This document shows, in pieces, positions 38,706-55,870 of a DNA stretch of 64,000 nucleotides; within the stretch, counting starts at the first letter, position 1; each line of letters opens with the position of its first letter. Origin of the DNA: Auanema rhodensis. Taxonomy: Eukaryota > Animalia > Nematoda. The notes under the pieces were generated by a model. It did no database searches, was not told where the DNA came from, and saw nothing but the letters and a program-made list of their open reading frames with translations. Position numbers and translations under genes: made by a program. The stretch covers positions 5,518,001 through 5,582,000 of the forward strand of contig OZ059895.1 of the NCBI GenBank assembly GCA_964057225.1, in the 5' to 3' direction.

Positions 38706-41700
38706 ATGACTTGGAATCTTAATGCAAGTCTACCAGCGATTGTTGGATCAGAAGTAAGTTCTTAAAATATATATGATTTCAACAATAATTTGTCATAGTG
38801 TGGGATTGACATCGGAACAGCTGATAAATTAATGGAATTGTACGAAGATGGAAATGAGGTTTCAATTATGTCTTGAACGAATTTTGTGTAGTGAGAATAC
38901 TTAGGTTGCCTATGTAGCACGATACCGTGGTGATGCACATAAGGGGTTGTCGTGTCCAGTTTTGCGATCTACATTTGAAACATACCTAAAAATCAAGTAA
39001 TTTTGTTGTTTATTTATATCTAATCCGGTATAAACAGAGATTTGAATAAGAAGGTAGAGAAAGCTCTACAAACTGTACAGTCTAAGATTAATAATGACAA
39101 TGAGAGAAAATATGCTGTTCAACGCTTGCGGGAAGCTCGTGATGTTAAAGATGTCTCGGAAATAACACAAGCATTGATGTCAGGAAGAAAAACTAAAGCT
39201 GATAAAGCCAGGTTTAATACTAATGTTGTTGATGAAATGTAAATCTTTGGCTTTTAGGGAGCTAGGCCTTTCCAAAGTTGCGGATGCTATATTAGATAAA
39301 CTTCATATATCTGTGGTAAAATATGTGGATAAGAAAAATCCTGGTAATATTATGAGAAATTGATTTTTTAAATGTTCATTTATCTGTGATTTTCTTTTAG
39401 AACTTGCTGATATTGAGAAAGTCAACGAACATTTAGTATACTGCTTATCTGATGCTATTAATCGTCTTCCAGAAACTATCGATTATGGCAAAGATATGTA
39501 TGCTTTTCAAGTTTCTATATTTTAATGTTTTTGATTATTCAGAAGTAGCCTGAAAAATCCGTCGGCTCGTATATCAGTTAGGTGTGAATTATCTAATAAA
39601 GCTAAGAAATGGACAGAGAATGATCGAGAATTTCATTTAATTAAACACTTCGAAGCTTATACAGATTTTAAACGGGATGCTAGTCGGGTTCAAGGTTACC
39701 AAGTTAGTCAATATTTTAGCTTCTATTCTCATGATTTTTCTAAGATATTGGCTATGGAACGAGGTGATGAGAAAGGTGCATTATCTTGGAAAATAGAAAT
39801 TGGTTCTGATCTAAAGCGCTCACATCCAGCTTCAAAAATCAGGTCTGTTGAAATAGTTTCAAATATTTGAAGTCAGCTCAAATTTCATTCAGGGTTCTTC
39901 CAGAGCATGTTCAACTCTTTAACACTGCCCTGGATGATTCTATTAATCGCTTACTTATTCCAAAAATTCAACGTTCTATTAAGTATTTTAACTTACTGTA
40001 TCTGATATTTATCTCTATTTACAGACGACTGCTAAAGTCGCAAGCTGAGGCGGAAGCTATTGCATGTTTTTCTGCAAACTTAGTTCAGCTTTTTGCTCAA
40101 GAAGGGTTATCTGATAACTATGTGATTGCTCTTGATCCTGGCTTTGGAGCATGCAAGTCAGCATATTTAACGGACACTGGTTATTAGTTTCTTTATGAAT
40201 TCCAATATATATAATGGTTATATCTAGGAGCTGTAATTGAGACAACGGAATTTCATCTGCGAGGTACTATGTTTGATAAAAAGGGACAAGATACTCTTAT
40301 GCGATGGGTGAAAGTTTGTAAGCATAAAGTTGTTGTCGCTATTGGTAATGGTACTGCTTCAACTGAAACTCAAAAAGCTGTTGCTGAAATGATCAGGAAG
40401 CGACAATTTGGCTCGAAAGATATTCGCTTTTGGTTTGTAGATTTATAGTAACTTATTACGAACTATTTGCTTGCATATGTAAAGTGTTGTGACAGAAAAT
40501 GGAGCTTCCAAATATAGTATCACACCATTAGCAGAGACAGAGCTTCCCAACATGCCTATAACGCAGAAAAGTGCAGGTTTTTAATATTAATTTGCTCTTC
40601 ATCTTGTCGATAATTTTAGTGTCTATTGGCAGACGTTTATTGAATCCTATGGCAGAATATGTCAAAATTGAGCCAAAACACTTAGGTTTGGGAATGTATC
40701 AAGTATGTTATTACAATTATTTTTCCATAAAATAATATATTAAGCATTCGGTTAATGAAAAGAAATTGAGTGATATATTAGAACTTGTTGTCCGAGAATG
40801 TGTATCACTTCGAGGAGTCAACATCAACAGTGCTTCGTTTCATTTGTTACAGTAAGTATTTCACATAATCTTACTTCTATGAATATAAAATTAATTAATT
40901 AATATGAAACTTCAAACTAGAAAATTTCATGTAAACTATGTTTGACCTTTTTTTTCTATATTTATGTCTGACCAAACGGCTCATTTTCAAAATGGCGTTA
41001 TGGAATTATACTTTCTTTTTTTCCAGACAAATCTGCGGATTGAATAAGAAAACATCTGAAGGAATCGTAGCTTACAGAAACAAGAATGGTCACTTCACTT
41101 CGAGATTCCAGTTAAAAGATATCCCAGGATTGGGCCCTAAGTCTTTTGAGCAGTGTGCTGGTAGAACAATTACTAAGTTTTGCCCACTTTTCTACAACTT
41201 ACAGGTTTCCTTACTATATCTCCGCCAAATGACAGTAGCGAGAGTAAAGTTTCAAATGCCAAGCGGAGAAAACTCGATTATAATCCTTTAGATGGAACAA
41301 CAGTTCATCCAATGCATTATGATGTCGCAAAAAAGTTTACTATTTTATGAAAATTTAATAGAGCTTTCACGTTCCAGACTTTTGAAGCGTTGCAATATCA
41401 ATCTTGAAAATAGCATAAGCTTATCACCGAAGCAAATTAGTGATTTGAAATCTTTTCAGGTTTCAAACGGTCTTCAGGTTGTTAGATTGATTACAGTTCT
41501 TTAGAATCCATCATCGGATGAACAACTTGTTATTGAGTTGCTTACGGAACCTTCAAAAACAATTCCTCCACCTCCTTTGCTAACAGAAGTTCGTTCAACT
41601 TCTTCCCTTCAAATAGGAGAAACAATGTTTGGGCGGGTTCAAAATCAAGTTGCATTTGGAGTGTTTGTTGACATTGGGGCAGAATGTAATGCATTGGCTC

Positions 41701-41870
41701 ATAAGTCTTCATTAACAGAGCCATTTCCAGAGGTGATAACTCTAATAGAAAGTCGTACATTTTCATTTCAGGTTGGAACACAACTGCTTGTTAAAATAGT
41801 ATCTGTAGATGTTCCACGAAAACGCATCAACATATCACCCGTTTCAGTTAGTCATTTTTCTTTACGTTAG
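38706..41870 (+). CDS. S1 RNA-binding domain protein 1 (SRBD1/Tex family)
   Basis: GNEVAYVARYRG, YQILAMERG, VIALDPGFGACK (YqgF/RNase H-like), [50 protein letters not shown], HhH GLGPKSFEQCAGF, NPLDGTTVHP and a C-terminal S1 domain (FGVFVDIG). Confidence 0.94.
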
Positions 41871-42031
41871 AGAATATAAAAATATTAAAAAAAGCTATAT
41901 TTTACGAGAAAAGTACAACTAAAAGAAATATATGTATAATGTTCACACAATATTAACACTAAAATCTACAATATTCAAGGTAAAAATTACAAAGTACAAA
42001 ACATAGTATATCAGGTGATTGTTAAGAGTTA

Positions 42032-43174
42032 TTATTTTTGAATATTGTTAAATATTATCAATATACTGACAAGAAAGCTGAAAATGATTGGCATTTTTGC
42101 AGTACCACTTCCTTCCGGGTTCTTACGAATTTCTCGAATTCTTTGGAGATCTTCCTACAAAAAAAACAGGAATATTGAGCATTTTTAAACTGTCAACAAA
42201 CCATATCAATAGCTGTATCTGCCCAGGTGAATTTCTCATTACATTTGGCTGCTCCACGACAGCAGCAAAGACGGCCTTTCTTTTCAATTCCATCTAGCTG
42301 AAACGGTTTGTGATTTAAACGTTGAGCATCTGAAGCCAAAACGAATAGTACCTCATAAAGGAATTCAAAACAAAGTGATTGAGTTCCGTTTGCTCCCATC
42401 GCATCCATAGCGATGTCTTCACAAGTCGGCTGTGTAGCTAATGCTTCAGTATCCCTCCAACGACTATTATTGTGAAATTTCTAGATAGTAGTAATACTGA
42501 TTAAAACATTATAAATAGCCAATTGAACCTTGTCTTCTTCAAGGGACATATGATGAAGAACAAGTTTTCGGGAGTGACATCCACGGTGTACAGTTGTTAT
42601 CCCTCCTTCAACATCCTAGAATCAAATTGTAAGACAACGAAAACTAAGCTTTTTCAAGATTCTGGCCTATGGGGTGAAAGAACTGTAGAAACACACCGAA
42701 CTAAGCATAGCATAACACCAAGGATCATCGCACGGTTTGAACAGTCGAGCTTCTTCATTTGGCTCTTCCACCGAGTTGTAACAAGACTGGCCAGCAGCAT
42801 ACTTTGGTGCGACCGGAATAAAACCAAGATTGCAACCATCGGCATCATTACAGCAACAAACAGTGCTGTTATCCCGAGAAAAACAACCACTATTCTTTTT
42901 GTTTTTCAATGTTTCCTATAGATATGAGACATATTCAGGAACAATGCATGTAGGCGCTACCTGTCCAACACAGAAGTTAGCTTCATCGCAGTCAAAAGCT
43001 CCTGATGATTTATTATGGAAACACCATCCCCAGATGTCATGGCCTTTACAGAATCCCTGTAAATTGCTATATCAAGTAGAATATATATATATGTAAATAT
43101 ACCTTCTTGTCATCAACGCAGAAGCGGGCGTCTAATGGTATTAGACATACAGCAATCAGTAGTAATAGATACAT
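42032..43174 (-). CDS. Secreted/GPI-anchored-like Cys-rich protein with tandem three-finger (Ly6/activin-receptor-ectodomain-like) modules
   Basis: Signal peptide MYLLLLIAVCLIPLDA; two modules ending CCCNDADGCN and CCCRGAAKCN, with C..WCF / CDDPWCY / RGC motifs; hydrophobic C-terminus MPIIFSFLVSILIIFNNIQK*. Confidence 0.75.
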
Positions 43175-46026
43175 AATGAAAGGATTTATTAAATATTCGA
43201 ATATATTATGAAGAAACAGTAGGAAAGAAGATTTCTTTAGCTTTCAATATGCTCTTCTTCCTGTTGAGACGATCGCGCAGTGTTCGCTCGCCTTTTCAAC
43301 CGTCTACTTGATATGGTTCTGGCTTGCCCGGGTGACAGTATGGCAAGAATACGGCGCAGCACCAAACTTACAAAACCGCTGAGTAGGATTGCAGCTGAGG
43401 GTCTGAGAGAGAGTTAAGACCAGGAGCTCGGAGGAGCTTCCGTTAAAATAGAAACAGGGCTGGATAGAAGAAAGACGACCAAAAGAGAGGGAGAAGAGGG
43501 AAGAGAGAAGCTATGTTCATATCGAATGATGACATGCATTTTGAAGGAATTGCTCCTCATCCATCTGTCATTACTCATGCCACTTCGTATAGGGACTGTC
43601 AAACGACATGGCTGAAATGTGAAAAAGCTATTCTCCGGCTCTGGCAAGAACTCATTTCATATCAGCTTTTTTCAATTTTTTCTTTTTTTTACAAAGTTGA
43701 CATTGTTCCTAGATATTCCTATGCGAAATAGATAATAGAAGAGACCCAGAGGGGCACAAAGTATTTTGATCGTGGCATCGTGAGCTATCTTATGTGCAGA
43801 AGCAAGTCCAACATCTACTTTAGTCTCTCGCATTAATGAAACGTTTTCTCTTCAACTTTCAACTTTTTTATCTTTCTCGTTCATATATTTTTAACTCTTT
43901 TCTCCTACTCATGATCTCTCAGCCGCTTTCCTTCACTTTTCAATACTCATATCTTTTCTTGGACTCTCCATCATACACTGAATCATTTTCTTTTCATTTT
44001 TCGTAAAAATGAGAAACTTCTTGAAGATATCTTGTTGTGTTGTCATCAGACTTGTAAATGACGGTAAAACAATAAATCTTGCAATAAGAATAAAGAAAAT
44101 ATGAATAAAGGCAAAGATGATAAAGGACATAAAATGAACAGAATTAGTTAACAGTTGCAGCAGATGGACACACCATTTTCTAAGAGTTTAGCGGATTAAG
44201 CTGCAGATGGTTATGTAACGGATGTTACAATGACTCAATCTGTTTTTGCTTGATGAGAATAAGAAATCATTCAATAGTCATTGCGTGATTATCTGCCTTA
44301 TTCTTAATTATTTTGAATATGTATATTCAATCAGGTCTTTCTTATATCACTTTGTTATTCCACCAACATAGTTAGAAATGTATGAAAAGACGAATGTACA
44401 ACCAGTTTGTGAGTCGATTGAATAAAAAAAGACAGACGAATGTCAAAAAAAAGTTCACGTAAAACGTCACAATTTCACGCAAATTTCGCATAATTTAATA
44501 TTTAGTCTAATTAACTATAATTTTTTGAATTATACGTTTGTATTTTGTAAAATATTAAAATGTTTTTTAAATGTAATGATGACAGTTTTATAAAAATAGA
44601 GAAATTATTTAAAAAGCTCTACTTATATGTAATTTTCATTTTTTTTTGTTTAAAAATAACATACAAAATATAATAAATCTTTATTTTACATTCTATATAC
44701 AAGCTGTTTTGAGTGACATAATTAGGGGTGGTGAGAAATAATTTTTATAAAAAGATAACATTTAAATGAAAAAAAAACACATTAATAATGACATACATGT
44801 ATAGGTAGTAGTAATAAATATTTCTTCATATATATATATATATATATATTTAAATTTATATGTATATGCTTATACTTCTTTCATATTGTATCTGTTTTTG
44901 GAAAAGATTGTGAAAGAGGAGATGTTTTCCGGAAAGGCAAATATAGAAATACATCTTTGAATTGTAAGCTGTAACTTTGAGATTAACGTATGTGTTAGAT
45001 ATTTCATGAATATTCTTAGAATTTATTCAGTAAAAAACTTCTTTCAAACGTTCTTCTGTTAAATTTAATGAAATTTGTTTAGAAATAGTTTTTTCCTTAT
45101 CTATGTAATTGCATGTTCATCTAATTTGCCTTGTTTTGGTTTTACTGAATTCTGAGGAATATTCATCAATCACACAAACATTATCTTCGATTACTGAATT
45201 ACCGAATTTCCAAAATACAACTAGTAACAACAGAAGTTGAATTGAATTTATTTCATTTAATTTGTATTAAACTAGTGATTTTGGGATTTTGTGATTCATA
45301 AGTCTTTTCGTGAATGATGTATTTTGCCGTATATGTGTTGGGACCATTCATCCTTTTATGGGTTTAACAGAAAAAAAAACTTTTTCTTCTTCTCAAGTTG
45401 ATATGGAAAAGAAAAGTTTTAAAGATCTGCTCTAGGAAAGATCAGCAGAGGGTAGAAATAAATGAAGTTGGAAGAAGAGCAACAACAATTGAAATGTATA
45501 GTTGAGAAACGAGGAAAAAAACATTTTATTGTTATAGTTTAATATTTTCTTATGAAAGTTTCAAATTATCCATAGTATATATATATTATATATATATAGT
45601 AGAATGAAGGACTTTTTTTTTCAAAAACAAAATTAAATAAAAAATAAATGAGGTCAATGAGATGTACGCAAGTCTGGAGGTGACACTTCGACGTCATCAG
45701 TTTTTGGATTAGTCAGATTAGCTTCAGAATATACTTATATTTACGGGAATTCCGGATAATTTTCTCAATTTTGGGTTGGTAATCGCCTCGTATGAAAGCA
45801 ATCTGAAGAAGGCAACTGATGACATATTGTAATATACAAAGTTATTGAGTTAGAGAGATTTGAGTATTATTCTGATTTACGATATCGTGATTGATCATTC
45901 GTGTCATCAATATTGAAGATAATCATGGACATCGTCATCATCATCTGAATCCCTGCATTCATACGGTAGTGATAATGACAGTTGTGCGTTTGCTAATGGT
46001 GAAATAGCCGTTGAGGTTGACTGATG

Positions 46027-48661
<2,635 letters not shown>

Positions 48662-51600
48662 CTGAAATAGAATTTCAATGAATTTCAAGATTTTATGCTT
48701 GTTTTCTTCTGATTTGAAATATTTGGGAAAAATGAGCGAGATACGTCGGGAGGAGCGGATATAGATTTAGAGCATGATTTACTAATTTTTCCTTAAATTA
48801 TTTTACAATTTTAGGTATAAATCTTTTATTTTCTTCAAACAAAATAATAAATTAGAATGAATTTTTTAATAAAAATAATACCAAATAGAAATTATAGTTA
48901 AGTTATATAAATATTTAAAAGTTAAAAATCAGTTGTTGAATGTTTCATAACAATTTCAAAATTCAAAAATTTTATTTTTTTAACTAAATATTCAGGAATA
49001 GAAGCAAAATTTCAAATATTTGTTCTCACATGAAGAAAGTTAATTTTTTTTTCGTTAACTATTAAGAACTTAGAGTGCGATATAAAGTAAAGATTATTGA
49101 GAGAGTGATGAAAGATATAAAGGAAAGAGAGACTTGAGAGAGGGAGAGAGAAAGAGAGAGAGAGAGAAAAAGGAAAAATTCTAAGCAAGAGTACTTGACT
49201 ACTGAGCTTGAATGTTACAATTTTCGGATCGAATACATTTCAAAGCAGGTGAAGATTGATGATTTACTTTTTCAAAACAAGTTTATAAGTTGGCAAGTAT
49301 GCATTCCAAGTCAGTAAGCAGCGTGTTAACAACTTAAGCTCAGTCAATGTTGAACTTCAAGGACAATTTTTTTTTTGTCACTAAACTTGTCAAGTTTTTA
49401 CAATATTCATAACTCACTATGATATTTCAAAGCGTCTCTTTGCATGTCTCTTCTCTCTCTCTCTTTCTTTTTGTCTTTAATTCATCTCTTACATTCTAAG
49501 AATTTCTCCGATATTTTAAAAAATATATAATATTCCTTTTTATTTGTAAAAATATCAAAAACAACTAATTGAATTGTGGAGGTGGGAAATGAGAAGATTC
49601 TTGGCGTGTAAGCTCACCTCTGGGTCCGACGAAATTTTTTCAGCTTTTCTTGACCAATTACCCCAAAAGAAGAAGTAAGAGTTTTTTGATCAAAGAAGAA
49701 CAAGCTGTATGTGATAGGCGAAACTCTCGAGTGGATCGAATGGGTGGTATTCTAAGCCTAGTCCAGGTCCTCGACTTAAAGGTTGAGGGAGGATGAAATC
49801 CACCCAATCAATGCCTTTGCAGCTTCTCCTCAAAGACAGATGGTTGTACTTGACAAATGTTTTGTCTCTCTTTCATCTTCTTACATCTCACACCTATCTC
49901 TAATCTTGAATTTCAAAAATTTCCCTCTTTCTCTTATTCTAACTAATGATAGAAAACGGAAAAACGTCTCTGTTTCTTCTTTGTTATCTCAGCTTTTCTA
50001 ATTTTCTCTCATCTTTCCAATTCTCATCTACCTCTCTCTCTCTATTTCTATTGCATAGTCTCTGGCAAATTTTTCTTAAGCATTCAATAGCCTCAAGCGG
50101 TTTTCTTTTTTGCTTCTCCCACCTTGATATCGTAAACTTTTACTTCTTCTTCAACTAAAGCGTAAGAGGGTGGAGGAGGGAGGATAGAGAGATGAGTTGA
50201 AATGTGAAAGAAGATAGACGAGATCTTCTGTTTTTTCATCAGAAAACACTAATCAAACTGGGGACCAGAGCAACACCAGGGGGTTTAAAGTCACACAGAC
50301 ATTCCTTCTGTTTCCTCTTCAAAATCATCGTCACCAACTACCATTGTAACTTTTACGTGATGAAAAAGTTTTTTCTTACAATTTTTGGTGTCCACACAAA
50401 AAGAAAAACTTGGCTGAACTTTCACGTGATTGTCATTTCATTTTTACTAAAATTTTTCATAAGGACGGTTGTTTTTTTTTAAATTTTGGAACAATTATAT
50501 TTGAAATTAAGTGTATGTTGTTATGTGAAAACGATTTATGAAAAAAAATAAATATAATGAGTTCATATAAGTTTTGTATCGATGAATTCCAGCTTAATAC
50601 CGTGTTACTTCAAGTGTTTTCACAGTAATTCGAAAAAGGTGAAGAGAATGAAGAATCAGTGTGTGTGTGCGTGTATGTGTAAGAGAGAGAGAGAGAAATA
50701 GGAAAGGAGAGAAAGAGAAAAAACAAGGACTAACAGAGGATCAAAATCAGGAAAGGGGTATTGTTTTTTCTTCCAAGTTTGCTGCAAGTCTTAAATAGCT
50801 ATTCCAATCTTTTTTCTGCGTTATAATCAGCTTATTGCACATATAATCTTCTCACAACGAACTACATGTATACTATTGTTTATGTATAAGTATAGTTAAA
50901 GAATAGTTAAGCTAAAACGTATAAGAATTTACGTTGATTTTGTAAAAAAAAATAGTTTGAGGGGTTACATTGAGTATTTATGGAAATATAATCAGCTATA
51001 ATAAGTATTATTTTTTATTTATTATCATTTTATCATTTTATCAATGTAAATTTGATATTTCTAAATTAAAGTCAAGCATGTAAGCATGATGTTACATCAT
51101 GTTTCATCAAATTTGATAAGATAGAATGCTTTCACCGAATAACGAATTCAATCAACATCTACGTATTGCGTACATTGACCGCCTGAGGCGAAAAGATAAA
51201 AAGATAGAAATACTATATGGTTTCATTAAATGTTGATTCTTATTCATGAATAATCAAAAGAAGGTTTATAAGACATAAACCATGGAAACGAATTATCTAT
51301 TCAACTTGACTTTCTCTTATAATCTCAAAATGTTGGACATTAAGATTATCCATATAATTAAGATGTGATCTTACAAAGTTACATCATCAACAGATGAGAC
51401 ATAGACAATAGCTTCAAATAGTAAAATGCTTGAATAACTAGCTTAAGCTTAATGTCGTCATCTTAATATTTGATATCATTGATGATACATTACATTTATA
51501 TAATTATTAATGAGATTTAATAGTATTTATTAATATATTATAAAGAAAATAGAAGAAACATCAAAAAAGAATAGGAATCATATAGTTAAGAAGTATTCTA

Positions 51601-53258
51601 TCAAAATCTAATCTATGAGAGTTAATGAGATTTTATGAAATACACAGACATGCTAGTTGGAGTAACAGCTACTGCTGGCTTAACTTCTGCAGATTATCAA
51701 CACAGTTTGCATGTGTAGTGTGTATGCGTGAGTGTGTGTATGTATGTGATGTCGATGTGTCGTGGGCGACGAACTCACGGCAACTGTGATGTTGATGAAC
51801 CTGGGCTTAAGCCACCCTCGGTGCTCGCAGCATCATCTGACTCCCTCTCATCTACTGGAAACAAAACCCGTTTCCTCAATCGCTTACTTTACATGCTGAC
51901 AATCGGAATGAACGATAAACGAAAAGGTATTCCACTCGTTATAATTCTTTGAATTTTCGATTAATATGCGAAAGTTAGATCAACTTACGCATCGTCAAAG
52001 CCTAAAACAGTATATCAAGCGTCATTGCTAACGTCAGCAATGACAATTCCATGTATTAGGGGGCGGATTATTGTATTGTTTTACTGAAATTAGCCTGTAT
52101 TCGCACATGAATACACAATGTGTGTGATGATATCGTTAACGGTACATCGACGTTCACAGCGACGACATGTATGGCTATGATGACGAGCCAGTTGTGTGAC
52201 TTGTGGCTTTTATTGAACATCTCTGAGACTTCAAAGCATCAGCACATGTTAGCCGCTTATTCATCTTGTTTTAAGAGTTGGAATCCCTTTCAAACTGATT
52301 GCCAATAACACTGCTAGCAGAATTGCTGATCATCAACTATTCTAGAACTTTGGATAAGGCTGGAAGATATGCAAACGAAAAGAGCTCTCTCTTTCTCTCT
52401 CTTTCTCTCTGTATGTTTATGCACAACGATACTTAGAAAAGGTCTTAAGAACATTGGACTCCGATGATGGTTTGGCATAGCAAATCGGAAGTCTTCGACA
52501 TCTCTCAACCGGATCCGTATGCCTGAGCCTGATTCATTCAACCGTTTTGCCTACATGTATTCAAACTTCCGCGACGTTTCACGTTCGACATCATTGTAAG
52601 GGACGTCACGTCAGCCCTACCAGTCTGGTATTTCCGTATCGGATGTGATAGCATTACGCTTGAATCGACGTCCGACGACTGTTCTTCAAACTTCAACATT
52701 GCAGGTTGCTCAATGAGTTCAACTTTGCTGCACGCTGGCTTCCTATAGAAGCAATGGCAACGTGTGACGTAACCGGAAAGCTGCTGTCGATGGGTTTCAT
52801 TGAGATTTGTTCTGAACAACCTTTAAAACGTTGACAAAGAGAAGAACAAGGAAGAGGAAGAAGAATCATAGAATAAGCTGCTTTTAAGCAATCTATGAGT
52901 TTTCAACGAAAAGAAGAAAAGTAGCCAGCTTAACTGATTTTGGAGGATATGAAGATGAGGAGAATAATGAAGTAGACAGGGGTGAAACTAAATACAATCA
53001 CTAGAATAGTATAATTTGAGCATGAAGAATCAGAAGAATTAATAATAATTATGTGAATAATTAACTTCAGATCAAAAAAATTCTAATAGCTTGAACATTA
53101 TGAATGAAACAAATAATTTCAAATGAAAATCATTGAAATTACATATTTGGTTAAGCATGGTTGAAAATTAAAATCTTTTCTTTATAATATGGAAGTGTAG
53201 AAATAATCAAAAAAATACATATATAGTTAATATTCTATAATAAATAGTTAAAACATAC

Positions 53259-53348
53259 CTTGAGCACACCAATTGGCCTCCCTCCTTCGTGTCCGGGCAG
53301 AAGGAGGGTAGGTGGACGAGGCATCCCATGCTCAGCAATTTTGAACAC
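53259..53348 (-). CDS. Probable upstream coding exon of the klumpfuss-like gene
   Basis: GC-rich 90-nt block flanked by TTGTAG and GTATGT, phase 0/0, reading VFKIAEHGMPRPPTLLLPGHEGGRPIGVLK; joins in frame to TPPVICEQG at 48661. Confidence 0.6.
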
Positions 53349-55818
53349 CTACAACTAAATATATTAATATATGTAAAACTTGAAGATAAAGTTTTAAGAT
53401 AAAGCACAAATATATATAGATAGATAGTTAGATATACGATATAATAATTAAAATAAAGAAAAAGTTTTTTTTTCTCTAAGGATTTGATTCAAAATTTACA
53501 CGCATGTGTGTGAAAAGGAAAAATTGCATTTGGTTAATATAAAGGAATGACCAATTCTCAGACAGATGCTTTGCATAATGCTTGAACACGTGTTGGTGAG
53601 AATCTGAGAAATCTCCAGAAGTAGATGTATGTATAAGAATAATAATTTTAAAAGTAAAAATGATTAAGAAATAAGTTAATAAGATCAATGAAATAAAGGT
53701 TTTTGTTTTATTTCAATTTATATTAATTATAATTATATAAATAATTTATGTGAACTTTTATGTGTAATAGGTCATATCAATGTTTTTGTTTTATATTTAT
53801 TTATAAAATGAGAAAAAGAAAAGATGTCAGAATCTTGTATGATACTTTGGTATAGAATATTAGAAATTTAGAGTATTGTGAATACGAAAAGGAAGAACAA
53901 CTAATGTTGATAAATCGATAAGAATGAACATGAACATAAAGATTAAAGAGAAAATATAAAAAAACTGGCGCTTGTTTAGTTGTTGCCACCTCCAGCCCTC
54001 CCCCTTCCTCCTCTTTTTGCTTGGCTCATTGCTCCTATATATGCTAATTGTGCATATTGATTGAAATTTTAGTTTATCATAAATTTTAAATCAAATTTAA
54101 TAATATTATATAATAAATAGGTTTATATATTATTGAGAATAGCCGTCTATCTTAACCATATATAAACAGATCGCTTAAATTCAGAGAATGTGGAGGAGAT
54201 ATGTATCTCCAAAAGAAGGAAAAGCATTCTATTTAATAAAATATAATTTCTTTACATATATATTTCTGAATTTATAAAGTTTTTCAAATAACTGTTACAT
54301 AACTGTTTTGTAGCCTAATGTCTTATCTATTTGCTACTATTCTGATTTTCTAAACTTTGATTTTGGTTCTAAGGATTAAGAAAACTTTAAAAAATTATTA
54401 CCTATATACATAGTTACATATTAAGTATATGAATATCTGATAAAATACAATAAAACACTCTTTTTCTCTCTCTTTCTCTCTCTCTCTATCTCTCTTTACT
54501 CTCGTTTTTTCCCTAAACGAAAATCTATTTTTATAATTGAAATGCTAAAAAATCACCAAAAAAATGTATTGAAAGAATGAGTTAAATGATCCGAAAGAGA
54601 GAGAGAGAGAGAGAGTGAGAGAGAGAGCTGCTGATTTCTATATTGTACTTTCATTTCATGAATAAATAAGAATTGTTAATCAGCATAATATAGTTAATAT
54701 ATTTTATATAATTATTCATTTTAATATTTTGTTTTTAGGTTGAGAAGGGGGAAAGTATTGAAAGAATGTCACAATCTTCTCTACCGCGTTTATATGATTC
54801 ATTTCGAATTCATGATTCTCCAATTGTGAACCTTCAGAAGCCTAGAAATAAGCAACGTCATGATAACAGTAGTGGCTGTACTTGTAGTTAAGATCTGATA
54901 TCTTATTACTGTATATAATATAATTTATATTAAATTATTTTTATATTATATTGATTAAATAAATTTTTTATTTATATAAATCTATGCGAGTGACTAAGAT
55001 TATCTAAAATAACTTTTTTTTTATGTTTCAGAACTTATATTCATTGGCAAAGCAATGGAAATTATAAATACAACCGGATTGAACACATTTTACCAAATAA
55101 ATATAACCCGAAAATTTAAATTTTGACGTAATATGAATAGCAGTTGTAATAGTGATGCACACGTGTTGGTAAAATATGCTAATTGCGATCAGGTTAGTAA
55201 GCCGGAGTTTGAGGGGGAGCACATTATGTAGGCGGAGGAATTGAGAGGATAGAGAATGATGATCAGTAACCAGGTAAGAGCAGAAGAATTTTTTTTTTAT
55301 CAGTTCCAGTTATGAACGGCATGGAGATTTGCTCAATTTCTTCTGTTTGGATGAAGCTCAAATAATAAAAGCTTAAAGAATAGTTGATGAAATAGGGAGG
55401 AGGGTGAATGAACTGACAAATGAAATGAAAACGTGAAAATCAACATATATTACGTTTTAGGTTATCAAAGTTCCTGTGTTTGAGCATATTATTGCCTAAA
55501 ACTGCTTTCTGGCCGACGGCGGTCAATTAACCGAATGGCTGTAATGAATGCAATATCCGGACATATAGACTCATCTGATCAAATAACCTTTTAGTGATAT
55601 AAACTAAAAAGAAAATTCATAAAACTGATCATAAGAGCTAAGTAATAGCATATGATGTTCAAAATCCATCATATTTCATGGAAAATGTGACAATTATTCG
55701 AATATGATATGTATATTATATAGATTATATAATAATATATTCTAAAAAGATAAAAACTGTATGTGTAACAAGAGTGTATTCATCAGATTTTGGATAAGTT
55801 AGGATTTGAAGATTGAAT

Positions 55819-55822
<4 letters not shown>

Positions 55823-55866
<44 letters not shown>
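55823..55866. repeat. (GA)n microsatellite
   Basis: Directly visible run. Confidence 0.95.

Positions 55867-55870
<4 letters not shown>

Noticed and set aside
43260-44130. GC-richer patch with short ORFs and a TTTCAG-CC-ATG 12-codon mini-ORF (minus strand)
   Set aside because: No coherent gene model; more likely promoter/5' region of the Cys-rich gene.
49752-49760. CTAAGCCTA, a 1.5x complement of the nematode telomere repeat TTAGGC (telomerase-RNA-template-like) in a GC-richer patch
   Set aside because: A 9-mer can occur by chance, it is antisense to the host klu intron, and I found no convincing pseudoknot or H/ACA domain around it.
49617-49860. Possible klu coding exon ending in a GTGAG donor (minus strand)
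   Set aside because: The frame compatible with the 48661 exon hits a stop within about 20 codons and has no ATG; at most a non-coding exon.
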